Shown: piece by piece, positions 39,680 to 47,863 of the stretch
Layout of the letters: every line of letters begins with the position of its first letter
Position numbering within the stretch: the stretch's first letter is position 1
Assembly (NCBI GenBank): GCA_963825305.1
Contig: CAWGTA010000016.1
Coordinates: 102,335 to 166,334, forward strand
Direction: 5' to 3'
DNA length: 64,000 bases
Source: Terriglobia bacterium
GTDB taxonomy: Bacteria > Acidobacteriota > Terriglobia > Bryobacterales > Bryobacteraceae
Made by a program: the position numbers and the translations under genes
Notes under the pieces: model-generated
Databases searched by the model: none
Seen by the model: only the letters and a program-made list of their open reading frames with translations
What the model was told of the DNA's origin: nothing

Positions 39680-40639
39680 ATGGCGAAGATTCGAGTGGCG
39701 GTGATCGGCGCGGGCAGTTCGGTAAGAACCACTGCCGCGTCGTTCACGAATGCGATCGCGCCGATCTGGTGGCGGTCGTCGATACAGACGCGGTCCGCGC
39801 CGCGGAAGCCGCCGCTGCCTCCGGCGCCGCAGGCCTACAGCGATTACCGCGAACTGGCGGGCCGCGTGGACGCCGCCGTAGTAGCCGCACCCACCTCGGT
39901 CCACGAAGAGATTGGTTGCTACCTGCTGACAGCCGGTATCGACGTGCTGGTGGAAAAGCCCATCGCGCCGGACCTGGCCTCGGCCGATCGGCTCATCGAA
40001 GCGGCGGAAAAGGCCGGCCGCATTCTGCAAGTGGGTCACCTGGAGCGCTTCAATCCGGCGGTCATCGAACTGGAACGCCGCGCCACGCTGCCGCTGTTCT
40101 TCGAGGTTCACCGGCTCAACATTTTCAGCCCGCGCAGCCTGGACGTGGACGTGGTGCTCGACCTCATGATCCACGACGTCGATATCATCCTGTCGCTGAC
40201 GGGCGCCGAGCCGTCGGAAATCCGCGCGGCCGGCATTTCCATCCTTTCGGCGAAAGTGGACATCGCCAATGTGCGGCTCCAGTTCCCTAACGGATGCGTA
40301 GCCAATTTGACTGCCAGCCGCGTTTCCACCGAGCGCGTGCGTAAGTTGCGCCTGTTCCAGCCGCAGCAATACCTGTCACTCGATTATGGGCGGCAGGACC
40401 TCGCCATCTTCTCGGTAACGGGCGGCCAGATCGGCTTCGAACAGGCGGCAGTCAGCAAGGCGGAACCGCTGAAATTGCAGTTCGAAGCCTTCCTGGACAG
40501 CGTGGAAACGCGAAAATCACCGAAAACTTCCGGCCGCGCGGCGCGTCAAAGTCTAGGGGCGGCTCTGGGGATTCTTGATAAGATTAAGGAGCACTCGGGG
40601 GTCGTATCTCAAACTCTGGCAATAGGATGGAAACCATAG
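39680..40639 (+). CDS. Gfo/Idh/MocA family NAD-dependent oxidoreductase (GnnA candidate), carrying a compensating pair of frameshifts
   Basis: The ORF is open, but residues 13-51 (SSVRTTAASFTNAIAPIWWRSS...PPAPQ) are nonsense. The alternative frame between about 39714 and 39832 reads QFGKNHCRVVHECDRADLVAVVDTDAVRAAEAAAASGAA, which is the canonical Rossmann continuation after MAKIRVAVIGAG. Confidence 0.8.
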   Translation: MAKIRVAVIGAGSSVRTTAASFTNAIAPIWWRSSIQTRSAPRKPPLPPAPQAYSDYRELAGRVDAAVVAAPTSVHEEIGCYLLTAGIDVLVEKPIAPDLASADRLIEAAEKAGRILQVGHLERFNPAVIELERRATLPLFFEVHRLNIFSPRSLDVDVVLDLMIHDVDIILSLTGAEPSEIRAAGISILSAKVDIANVRLQFPNGCVANLTASRVSTERVRKLRLFQPQQYLSLDYGRQDLAIFSVTGGQIGFEQAAVSKAEPLKLQFEAFLDSVETRKSPKTSGRAARQSLGAALGILDKIKEHSGVVSQTLAIGWKP

Positions 40640-41652
40640 GTCTACCCTCGGACGAACTGGAGCTCAATCTTCTTACCGAGTGGGGAAGCACCGGCGATCG
40701 TATCCGCGAGCGCAAGGCGGCATTGTTTTCCATCTTGGGGCACGTCCTGGTGGTGGTGCTCTTGGTGGCCGTTCCAACCGATTGGTCCGAGCCGGAAAAA
40801 CCGCGGCCAGCCCCACGGGTAACGCCACTGATCGCGCCTCCCGTAGAACTCACGCAGACGGCGCCGAACAAGCACAAGCTCAGCAAAGAATTTGATGTAG
40901 TGGAGGCGCAGGAGCGGCCGAATATCCAGGTACCGCAGGGTGCGCCTTCCACCACGCGGCCGCGTGCATTTCGCCCCACGCCGCCGCAGCCCACACCGGT
41001 GAAGCCGACGTCGCCGCTTCCCGACGCACCCAAAGTAGACACCCCCAAACCGGACGTTCCGCTGCTCGCGCAGGCCACTCCGCAGATCCAGCCCGTGGAA
41101 CAGCCCAAGCTGGCATTGGAGAACGTGGCGCCGCCGCCAGCTCAAGTCGCACCTGGCCAAAGCAAGGTTGCGATTCCGAACGCGTCGGTGGCAGAGGCCG
41201 TGCGGCAAGCTGTGCGCGCCACGCCCTCGGGCGGAATGACGGTGGGCGACCTCGACATGTCGGGCCCAGGAGGGGTCGGCGAGGCGATCAACCTGCCGCC
41301 GTCACCGGGCGTTCAAGGAAGCAATCTGGAATTGTTGAGCGACCCGAAAGGCGTCGACTTCCGGCCGTACCTGATGCAGGTGCTCGCGGCCGTGCGCCGC
41401 AACTGGCTGACGGTGATTCCGGAGAGCGCGAAACTGGGGCGACGGGGGCGCGTTTCGATTCAATTCGCGATTGCCAAGAGCGGCGTTGTGAATAAGGTGG
41501 TGTTCGTGCAGAACTCCGGAACCGACGCCCTGGACCGGGCGACGGTTGCCGGAGTCGAGATGTCCAACCCATTCCCGCCTTTGCCCTCCGAGTACAAAGG
41601 AGAGCGGGTTGTACTGCAGTTCAACTTCGCCTACAACATGCCCAAGCGATAG
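40627..41652 (+). CDS. TonB-family protein (proline-rich linker plus TonB C-terminal domain)
   Basis: 341 aa with an N-terminal TM (AALFSILGHVLVVVLLVAV), a Pro-rich spacer, and the C-terminal DFRPYLMQVLAAVRRNW...GRVSIQFAIAKSGVVNKVVFVQNSGTDALDRAT. Confidence 0.8.
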   Translation: METIGLPSDELELNLLTEWGSTGDRIRERKAALFSILGHVLVVVLLVAVPTDWSEPEKPRPAPRVTPLIAPPVELTQTAPNKHKLSKEFDVVEAQERPNIQVPQGAPSTTRPRAFRPTPPQPTPVKPTSPLPDAPKVDTPKPDVPLLAQATPQIQPVEQPKLALENVAPPPAQVAPGQSKVAIPNASVAEAVRQAVRATPSGGMTVGDLDMSGPGGVGEAINLPPSPGVQGSNLELLSDPKGVDFRPYLMQVLAAVRRNWLTVIPESAKLGRRGRVSIQFAIAKSGVVNKVVFVQNSGTDALDRATVAGVEMSNPFPPLPSEYKGERVVLQFNFAYNMPKR

Positions 41653-41653
41653 C

Positions 41654-41974
41654 TTACTGAGTGCGGCCGTTGTGCTTGGCGCGATAGATCTGCTTGCTCA
41701 GATGGTTTTGCTGGCGGTTGATCTGCGCCTTCTCGCCCGCTGTGAGATGGCCGCCATTCATCACGCGGTCGTTGTGGATCTCGTGGTTCAGCCCGGCTTC
41801 CTTGCCCTCCAAACGCGACGTCTCGCCGGCCGTCAGTTGGCCCGAGTTGACGCCCTGTGCAATGCGGTCCTGCTGGTTCTCGCGCCGCTGGTTGATCTCT
41901 TGAGCATTCACATTGACTACCGTCAGTGTGGCTCCGAATACTGCCGCTACCCAGATTCTGTTTAAGCTCTTCAT
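41654..41974 (-). CDS. small secreted repeat protein (two G-x-LTAGE-type repeats)
   Basis: 106 aa, preceded by a strong SD (AAGGAGA). It has signal peptide MKSLNRIWVAAVFGATLTVVNVNAQ and the internal repeat SGQLTAGETSRLEGKEAGLN / GGHLTAGEKAQINRQQNHL. Confidence 0.7.
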   Translation of the reverse strand: MKSLNRIWVAAVFGATLTVVNVNAQEINQRRENQQDRIAQGVNSGQLTAGETSRLEGKEAGLNHEIHNDRVMNGGHLTAGEKAQINRQQNHLSKQIYRAKHNGRTQ

Positions 41975-42047
41975 GGCTCAATTTCTCCTTCTGACGGATT
42001 AAAGGCAGATCGGAGATAGAAGTTTCTCGTGCCAGAATTAAAGTTTC

Positions 42048-42200
42048 ATGAACATGCGGTTGTTTTGGGCCATGGCAAGTTACGCGGTTCTAGCGCTGCT
42101 GGCAGCTTTCACGCTGGACGGCGTATTTCGCTATGCCGTGTGGATACTGATGGGCGGGCTGGCGCTGAAAACGTATATTGCGTATAGGGCGGGATGGTAG
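42048..42200 (+). CDS. possible small membrane protein (50 aa, 2 TM)
   Basis: MNMRLFWAMASYAVLALLAAFTLDGVFRYAVWILMGGLALKTYIAYRAGW. It is below the ORF-track size cutoff, has no clear SD, and has plausible codon usage. Confidence 0.3.
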   Translation: MNMRLFWAMASYAVLALLAAFTLDGVFRYAVWILMGGLALKTYIAYRAGW

Positions 42201-42237
42201 CGAGCAGTGAGTAGTCAGTTTTCAGTTTTCAGTTAAA
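42201..42237 (+). repeat. 7-nt tandem repeat (nnTCAGT x ~5), related to the 24015-24100 element
   Basis: cgagcag tgagtag tcagttt tcagttt tcagtta aa. It ends TCAGTTAAA, like the TCAGCTAAA of the other locus. Confidence 0.7.
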
Positions 42238-42248
42238 CCGCTCGCGCG

Positions 42249-42277
42249 TTACCGAGCCGTGACCAAAGGGAGCGGTT
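42249..42277 (+). repeat. short conserved motif TTACCGAGCCGTGACC-N-GGGAGCGGT, copy b
   Basis: ttaccgagccgtgaccaaagggagcggtt, enclosed by an 8-bp stem AACCGCTC...GAGCGGTT. It abuts the stop codon of the minus-strand permease gene. Confidence 0.6.
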
Positions 42278-42278
42278 C

Positions 42279-45017
42279 TCACTCGCACCGCAGAGCGCGG
42301 ATGGGATCGATGCCGGCGGCGCGCACGGCCGGCACCAGGGCAGAGGCAACTGCGGCAATCGTCAGCGCCACAATGACGACCGCGATGGTAGCGGGGTCGG
42401 CGGCGCTTAAACCGAACAGGCGGCTCCGCACCAAGGTGGAAGCAGCGAGCGCGATGGGCACTCCCAACGCCAGGCCAGCCAAGGCCACCAACAGGGCCTC
42501 GCGGATGATATCGCGCACGATGCGGTCGGGCCGCGCGCCCAATGCCAGACGGACTCCGATCTCGGACGTGCGGCGTGCCACCGAGAACGACAGCACCGCA
42601 TAGAGGCCGAAGCAGGTAATCAGTAGCGCCAGTGCGCCGGATCCCAACGCCAGGCGAGCCAGCAGCCGGTCACGAAGAGTCTGGTTCGCCAGCAATGCCC
42701 CCAAAGGGCGCGCGAACATGATGCGGATATTTGGATTCGCAGCCGCGATCTGTTTGCGCGCTGCCTCGATCACGGAAGCGGGATTCGCAAACGTGCGGAT
42801 TTGATAATTCATGGCGTCGGGATATTGGAGGTCAAGCAGAGGTTGTAGCGCTGGAATGTAAAATAGCGGCTCCACTTTTTCCCGCAGTTTGCGATCCCGG
42901 GCGTCGCCGGCAACACCGACGATCTCTACAGTCGCCGGCGTATCCGGATCTTCATTCGTGATGTGTTGGCCGATGGGGTCCCTGCCGTGAAAAAACTTCT
43001 TCGCAAATGCGCGGTTGATTACGCACACGCGGCGCGCGCCGGCGTGGTCCTCCGGACCAATCCCGCGGCCTTCCAAAATCGGAATGCCGACCACCGAGAA
43101 GTATGATGGTCCCACCTGATCGAACCTGGCGGATGGGCGCGCGCCGGAAGGAGCGGTGTAACCTTCAACGCTGATCTCATCCGAGGAATCGCTACCGCTG
43201 AACAGGCCGTTCTTGGAAAACGTAACGGCACGGACGCCCGGCATCTGGTCGAAGCGCTGTTTCAATTCGTTATAGATGGCTGCGAGTTGTTGACTGTGAT
43301 ATCCCGCCGTCAGGGGGTCGACCCGAATTTCCGCCAATCGATCCGGTGAGTAGCCCAGATCGAGGTGCTCCAGGTTTCTCAAGGTCAGGGCGAACCAGCC
43401 CGCGGCCATCAGCAGCACCGTCGAAAGCGCGATCTGCGTGGCCACCACGATTCTCAATCCGCGGGCAGAGGCCGACCCTCCCGCTACGTTGGCCGCGGTC
43501 CCTTTCAGAACCTGATTGAGATTTGCGCGGGTGCTCAGTAGGGCGGGCACGAGCCCAAAGATCAAGGTGGCCAGCGAAGCCACGCCGGCACTGAAGGCGA
43601 AGAAGCGCCAATCGGGACGCACGTTCAGCGAGATCACGTCACCGGGTTGCGAAGCTAAGCCGAGGATCGCTCGAATCGCCAGCATGGCGATGAGGCCTCC
43701 CAAGATGGCAGCCGCCAGAGAAACCAGGAGGCTCTCCGCGACAAACTGCCGGACCAGGCGCAGCCTGCCGGCTCCCAGGGCGATGCGCATCGCTACTTCC
43801 TTTTGACGCGCAGCGGCACGGGCCAGCAGGAGGCCGGCGATATTGGCGCAGGCCGTCAAAAGAAGCACGCCGGAAATGGCCAGCAACAGGTAGAGCGGCT
43901 CGGCAAACTGCGCGCGCAATTCGGACGTGCCCTGGCTCCCGGCACGGAGCTTCAGAGTCTGATTGAGGATGTCCCGTTCCCGGGAAACAAAAGGGCTGAA
44001 ACTGGCGGTCACCATCTGGCGCCAAACCACGTCGGCCTCAGTCTGCGCCTGCCGCAAGGTGATGTTCTCACGCAGGCGGCCGAAGACCTGCAGCCACATG
44101 ACGCGCTCCTCGTGGGCGGCGTCATCCGTCAGCCACACCCGGCCGGGCCTGACTTGGGGTTGCATCACCAGAGGGAGCCACACGTTCACCAGGTCGCCGA
44201 CATTCTCGCCTAGAAACCCGGCGGGCATCACTGCAATGATCCGGTACGACGTCCCGAATAATTGGAGCTTACGGCCCAGCACGTCGGCGGAGAGCCCGAA
44301 CCGGTCCCGCCAGTAGTCGTAACTGAGCACGGCGTACGGAGCGGAGCCCGGTCCGTTTTCGTCTGACGCGGTGAAGGCGCGGCCGATCAGAGGCGGCACT
44401 CCCAAGGCCGTGAAGTAGTTGCCGGTCACCAGTCGAAAGCGCACTTCCTCGGGCGCGGCGCCATCGACCACGGCGTTCAGTCGGCGATATTGGCTGTCCA
44501 CAGCGAACATGTCTGAGAACGACCTCATGCGAGATCGAAGCGTGGTGAATTCCTCGTAGCTTAACAGGGAACGGGGGGCGCCAAAATCCGCGCCCACAGA
44601 GACTCCGCTTTCGGTGGGATCGGTGAGCAGCACGAGCCGGCTAGGATCTTTCACGGGCAAGGTTTTGAGCAGCACCGCATTGAGCAGGCCAAAGATGGCT
44701 GTGGTGGCGCCCATGCCGAGCGCCAGCAGCAGGACCGCCAGAATCGCGAAGGCCTTGCCGCGCGCGAGGGTGCGCCAGGCGTAGCGCAGGTCTTGGAGGA
44801 ATGACTCGACAGCCGTGAAGGTCCAGGCATCGCGGCAGATCTCCTGCAGAGCGGTCCGGTTGCCGAAAGCTTTTGCAGCGGCGGGCGTGGAGAGGCCTCG
44901 TTTTTCAGCCATCATGGCGGCGTGGAACTCCAGTTCTTCGGCCAGGTCACGATCCAATTCGCTCTTCCGTAACAAAGCTTTGGCGCGCAGGCGCAAAGTA
45001 GAAAGCCAGTCCGGCAT
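42279..45017 (-). CDS. ADOP-family ABC transporter permease (duplicated MacB-like periplasmic domain plus FtsX modules)
   Basis: ORF 42279-45044; I chose ATG 45017, preceded by AGGAGG. The N-terminus MPDWLSTLRLRAKALLRKSELDRDLAEELEFH is the hallmark of acidobacterial duplicated orphan permeases. Two FtsX 4-TM halves are present. Confidence 0.88.
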   Translation of the reverse strand: MPDWLSTLRLRAKALLRKSELDRDLAEELEFHAAMMAEKRGLSTPAAAKAFGNRTALQEICRDAWTFTAVESFLQDLRYAWRTLARGKAFAILAVLLLALGMGATTAIFGLLNAVLLKTLPVKDPSRLVLLTDPTESGVSVGADFGAPRSLLSYEEFTTLRSRMRSFSDMFAVDSQYRRLNAVVDGAAPEEVRFRLVTGNYFTALGVPPLIGRAFTASDENGPGSAPYAVLSYDYWRDRFGLSADVLGRKLQLFGTSYRIIAVMPAGFLGENVGDLVNVWLPLVMQPQVRPGRVWLTDDAAHEERVMWLQVFGRLRENITLRQAQTEADVVWRQMVTASFSPFVSRERDILNQTLKLRAGSQGTSELRAQFAEPLYLLLAISGVLLLTACANIAGLLLARAAARQKEVAMRIALGAGRLRLVRQFVAESLLVSLAAAILGGLIAMLAIRAILGLASQPGDVISLNVRPDWRFFAFSAGVASLATLIFGLVPALLSTRANLNQVLKGTAANVAGGSASARGLRIVVATQIALSTVLLMAAGWFALTLRNLEHLDLGYSPDRLAEIRVDPLTAGYHSQQLAAIYNELKQRFDQMPGVRAVTFSKNGLFSGSDSSDEISVEGYTAPSGARPSARFDQVGPSYFSVVGIPILEGRGIGPEDHAGARRVCVINRAFAKKFFHGRDPIGQHITNEDPDTPATVEIVGVAGDARDRKLREKVEPLFYIPALQPLLDLQYPDAMNYQIRTFANPASVIEAARKQIAAANPNIRIMFARPLGALLANQTLRDRLLARLALGSGALALLITCFGLYAVLSFSVARRTSEIGVRLALGARPDRIVRDIIREALLVALAGLALGVPIALAASTLVRSRLFGLSAADPATIAVVIVALTIAAVASALVPAVRAAGIDPIRALRCE

Positions 45018-45073
45018 GGGTGTTCCTCCTACGGTCGATCTCAAACAACAGCCCCTACACTTCGTGGCGGCCG

Positions 45074-45159
45074 GTGGGGCAGGCCTTCGGGCCTGCCGCC
45101 GCCTTTTCAGGCGGCGCGCCGCGCAGAAGCGCGGCGGCAGCCCGGAAGGGCTGCCCCAC
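45074..45159 (-). repeat. 86-nt four-hairpin palindromic element, copy 3 (reverse orientation)
   Basis: The reverse complement reads gtgggg cagccc-ttcc-gggctg c cgccgcgc-ttct-gcgcggcg cgccgcct-gaaa-aggcggcg g caggcc-cgaa-ggcctg ccccac. It shares its first G with the padR TAG and lies between padR and the permease gene. Confidence 0.9.
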
Positions 45160-45500
45160 TAACTACTTTCGATGACTTGCATCACGGCCCCCAGCATCCG
45201 GCGCCAATAGCGCGCCTCACTGGCCAGTTGTTTTTTCCCCGCGGCTGTCAATTGGTAGAACTTGGCCCGGCGGTTGTTCTCCGAAGTCCCCCATTCAGAA
45301 GCCAGCAGGCCGCGCAGTTCGAGGCGGTGCAGCGCGGGGTAGAGCGCCCCTTCTTCAACCCGCAGCACCTCGTCGGACGTCGCGTGGATGAACTCCGCGA
45401 TGGCATATCCATGCTTGGGCGCGCGGGCCAGCGCCTTGAGGATAAGCATCTCGAGAGTGCCGGGTAACAGTTCGCCCGAACGTGGATCGCTGCTTCCCAT
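45159..45500 (-). CDS. PadR family transcriptional regulator
   Basis: 113 aa with the winged-helix motif GTLEMLILKALARAPKHGYAIAEFI...EGALYPALHRLELRGLL. It lies upstream of the ADOP permease, the usual acidobacterial pairing. Confidence 0.9.
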   Translation of the reverse strand: MGSSDPRSGELLPGTLEMLILKALARAPKHGYAIAEFIHATSDEVLRVEEGALYPALHRLELRGLLASEWGTSENNRRAKFYQLTAAGKKQLASEARYWRRMLGAVMQVIESS

Positions 45501-45517
45501 AAGCTATTTATGGGAAG
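45493..45517. promoter_or_regulatory. perfect 10-5-10 palindrome covering the padR start codon (candidate PadR operator)
   Basis: CTTCCCATAA gctat TTATGGGAAG. The padR ATG (complement of 45498-45500) lies inside the left arm. Confidence 0.45.
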
Positions 45518-45614
45518 TATACGCGCGATCGAGGCCCGGTGCAAGCGAAATGGCCGCAACCGGAACACGTGGCAAAGCGTACACTCATGTTCAGGGAGTT
45601 TTGAGGAGCATCGT

Positions 45615-46046
45615 ATGAGGAAGCAACCTCGCAAGACGTCCCTTCTGCCGCTGGACCCCTTCGCCGTTAAGCAGCGTAAGGCCGTCCCGCACGAGTTCGT
45701 ACTCGACGCGATTGCTGCACTCTCGCCCAGGACCCGCTCCATGTTTGGCTGCCTCGCGGTCTATGTTGGGGAGAAGATTGTCCTTATCCTACGCGACAAG
45801 AAAGGCGCGGATCCTGACAACGGGGTGTGGCTCGCCACTACCGCGGAGCACCACAAGAGCCTGCGCCGCGAGTTCCCCAACATGCGATCGGTTCAGCTAT
45901 TTGGCAGGCCTGTAACGCACTGGCAGGTCCTTCCGGTGGATGCGCCGGATTTCGAGGAGGCGTCGCTGCGCGCCTGCGAGTTGATCGTCGTCGGGGACAT
46001 GCGAATCGGCAAGGTGCCGAAGGCAGGACGTCGTGCGAAGGCGTGA
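45615..46046 (+). CDS. hypothetical protein (possibly TfoX-N-like fold)
   Basis: ORF 45510-46046; I chose ATG 45615, preceded by GAGGAG. ..MFGCLAVYVGEKIVLILRDKK.. loosely resembles TfoX N-domain proteins, so the function is uncertain. Confidence 0.55.
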   Translation: MRKQPRKTSLLPLDPFAVKQRKAVPHEFVLDAIAALSPRTRSMFGCLAVYVGEKIVLILRDKKGADPDNGVWLATTAEHHKSLRREFPNMRSVQLFGRPVTHWQVLPVDAPDFEEASLRACELIVVGDMRIGKVPKAGRRAKA

Positions 46047-46072
46047 ATGTGGCGCAGGCACTCCTGTCTGCC

Positions 46073-46094
46073 GGGTCGAGACTCATGTCGACCC
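46073..46094. terminator. hairpin between convergent genes
   Basis: gggtcga gactcatg tcgaccc (7-bp stem), nested in an outer ggcactc...gagtgcc pair. It lies between the stops of 45615-46046 (+) and the PQQ dehydrogenase (-). Confidence 0.35.
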
Positions 46095-46124
46095 GTCTTC
46101 AAGCGCCGGCATGAGTGCCACTTC

Positions 46125-47793
46125 CTATTGCGGCAGAGCGAACACCACCAGCGTTGACCCCATGCGAAACTCCTGGTCCGGGAACAGGCCCGCGGCGGCT
46201 CCGCCAACCAGCGATCCTTGCCAACCGGTGGGAGTCGCGATGTACTGCCGGCCATTCACCGAATACGAAATCGCCGACCCGCGATGGCCCGCGCCGGTTT
46301 GGTAGCTCCACACCTTGGCGCCGGTGCGCGCATTGAGCGCAAAGAAGAAGCCTTCCGGATCGCCCGAGAACACCAGGTCGCCAGCCGTTGCTAACACGGA
46401 AGCCAGCAGCACGTACCGATACGGATAGCTCCAGGCGCGTTTGCCGGTCACCGGGTCCCAGGCATCCAGGTGGCTGTAGTTGGTGCGGTTGGGCGCCAGC
46501 ATGAATGTGAAGCCGCCGTTCATGAAACCGTTGCCTTCTTTCGGGCGCGTCGCTGGTCGCGGTCACATCGTTGCAGGTCTCAATGGTGGGCGTGTAGATG
46601 AATCCGGTGCGCGGCGAGTACGCCATCTGGTTCCAGCTCTTGGCGCCGGCCACGCTGGGGCAGAAGTTGACCGCCTTCCCCACCTCCGGCTCCTTGCGCC
46701 CCACCAGCTTGCCATCCTCGGTAATGCCCGTGATCCACGTTTGCAACTCCGGCACCGAGAACACTCCCAGAAACTCGCCGGTCACACGGTCCAGCACGAA
46801 AGTCAGGCCGCTCTTATTCATGTGGACCAGAATTTTCCGCGGACGGCCCCGGATGACGCGATCCACCAACACGACTTCGTACGACGAATCGAAGTCCCAG
46901 ACGTCGTCCGGAACTTCCTGATAGTGCCAGCGCAGCTTGCCGGTGTCGGCATCGAGCGCAACCACGCTGGCGGTGTACAGGTTCGTGTCCTTGTTCTTGT
47001 CGCCCACGCGCGCGCGGTCGTTGAAATCGCTGCCGGCGTTGCCCGTGCCCCAGTAGACCAGGTTCAATTCAGGATCGAACGATCCAGTCAACCAGGGCGC
47101 GCCGCCGCCATATTTCCAGCTATCGCCTTTCCATGTCTCGTGGCCCTTCTCGCCCGGGCCCGGAACCACGTACCAGCGCCAGGCCAAGCGCCCGGTCTTC
47201 ATGTAGAACGCCGTCAGGTACCCGCGATGCGCGTCATCGCCGCCGTTCCCGCCGACGATCACTTTGTCCTTCACCACCAGCGGCGCAGCGCCAATGTTGC
47301 AGCCGCACTGGCGCGGATCGTCCACCGCCACCTTCCACACCTCGCGCCCCGTCTTCTGGTCGAGGGCCACCAGGTTGTTGTCGATGGTGCCGAAGAAAAC
47401 CTTGCCATCGCTCACGGCGAGCCCGCGATTCTGCACGAAGTTTCCTTCGCTGCCCGGAATACCCGTGCGCGGCGTTGGATATTTGTATTGCCAGATCAGG
47501 CGGCCGGTCGCCGCATCGAGCGAAAATACCTGCGCCCGCGGCGTGATCAGATACATCACTCCGTCTACGACCAAGGGCGTGGATTGCAGGTTCTCCACGT
47601 AGTCGCCGGTCTGAAAAATCCATGCCGGAGCGAGGTTCTTGACGTTGCCAGTGTTGATCTGATCGAGCGCGCTATAGCGCCATGCCATCTGCGTTCCACC
47701 GTAATGCGGCCAATCGGCGCGGGTGGCACCGTCGGCGACCCGGTCTTGAGCGGAGGCGGCGGTAATCGCAAGCAGTAGGAGCAGAGGGCGCAT
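46125..47793 (-). pseudogene. PQQ-dependent dehydrogenase (methanol/ethanol family beta-propeller), frame broken by an apparent 1-nt insertion
   Basis: I chose ATG 47793 (MRPLLLLLAITAASAQ). The long ORF 46099-47847 is a good propeller up to ..TATSDAP and then degenerates. ORF 46125-46523 supplies the proper C-terminus (KEGNGFMNGGFTFM...YQTGAGHRGSAISY..). The break is near 46536-46546. Confidence 0.85.
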
Positions 47794-47835
47794 GGTTTGT
47801 TTATCGTACAAGATTGTGGTTTCTGTCGTCTGCCG

Positions 47836-47863
47836 AACCGGCGGCAAGGACCGCCGGCGTTAC
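47836..47863. terminator. GC hairpin repeat AACCGGCGGC-loop-GACCGCCGGCGTTAC, copy B
   Basis: Stem ccggcgg/ccgccgg (47838-47844 / 47851-47857). The conserved flank cgTTAc contains the galT stop codon (47860-47862). Confidence 0.4.

Noticed and set aside
39562-40290. 242-aa ORF overlapping the Gfo/Idh/MocA gene as a separate gene
   Set aside because: Only the segment between about 39714 and 39832 makes sense (QFGKNH...ADLVAVVD), and it belongs to the oxidoreductase. The rest is Arg/Gly/Pro-rich. It is evidence for the frameshift pair, not an independent gene.
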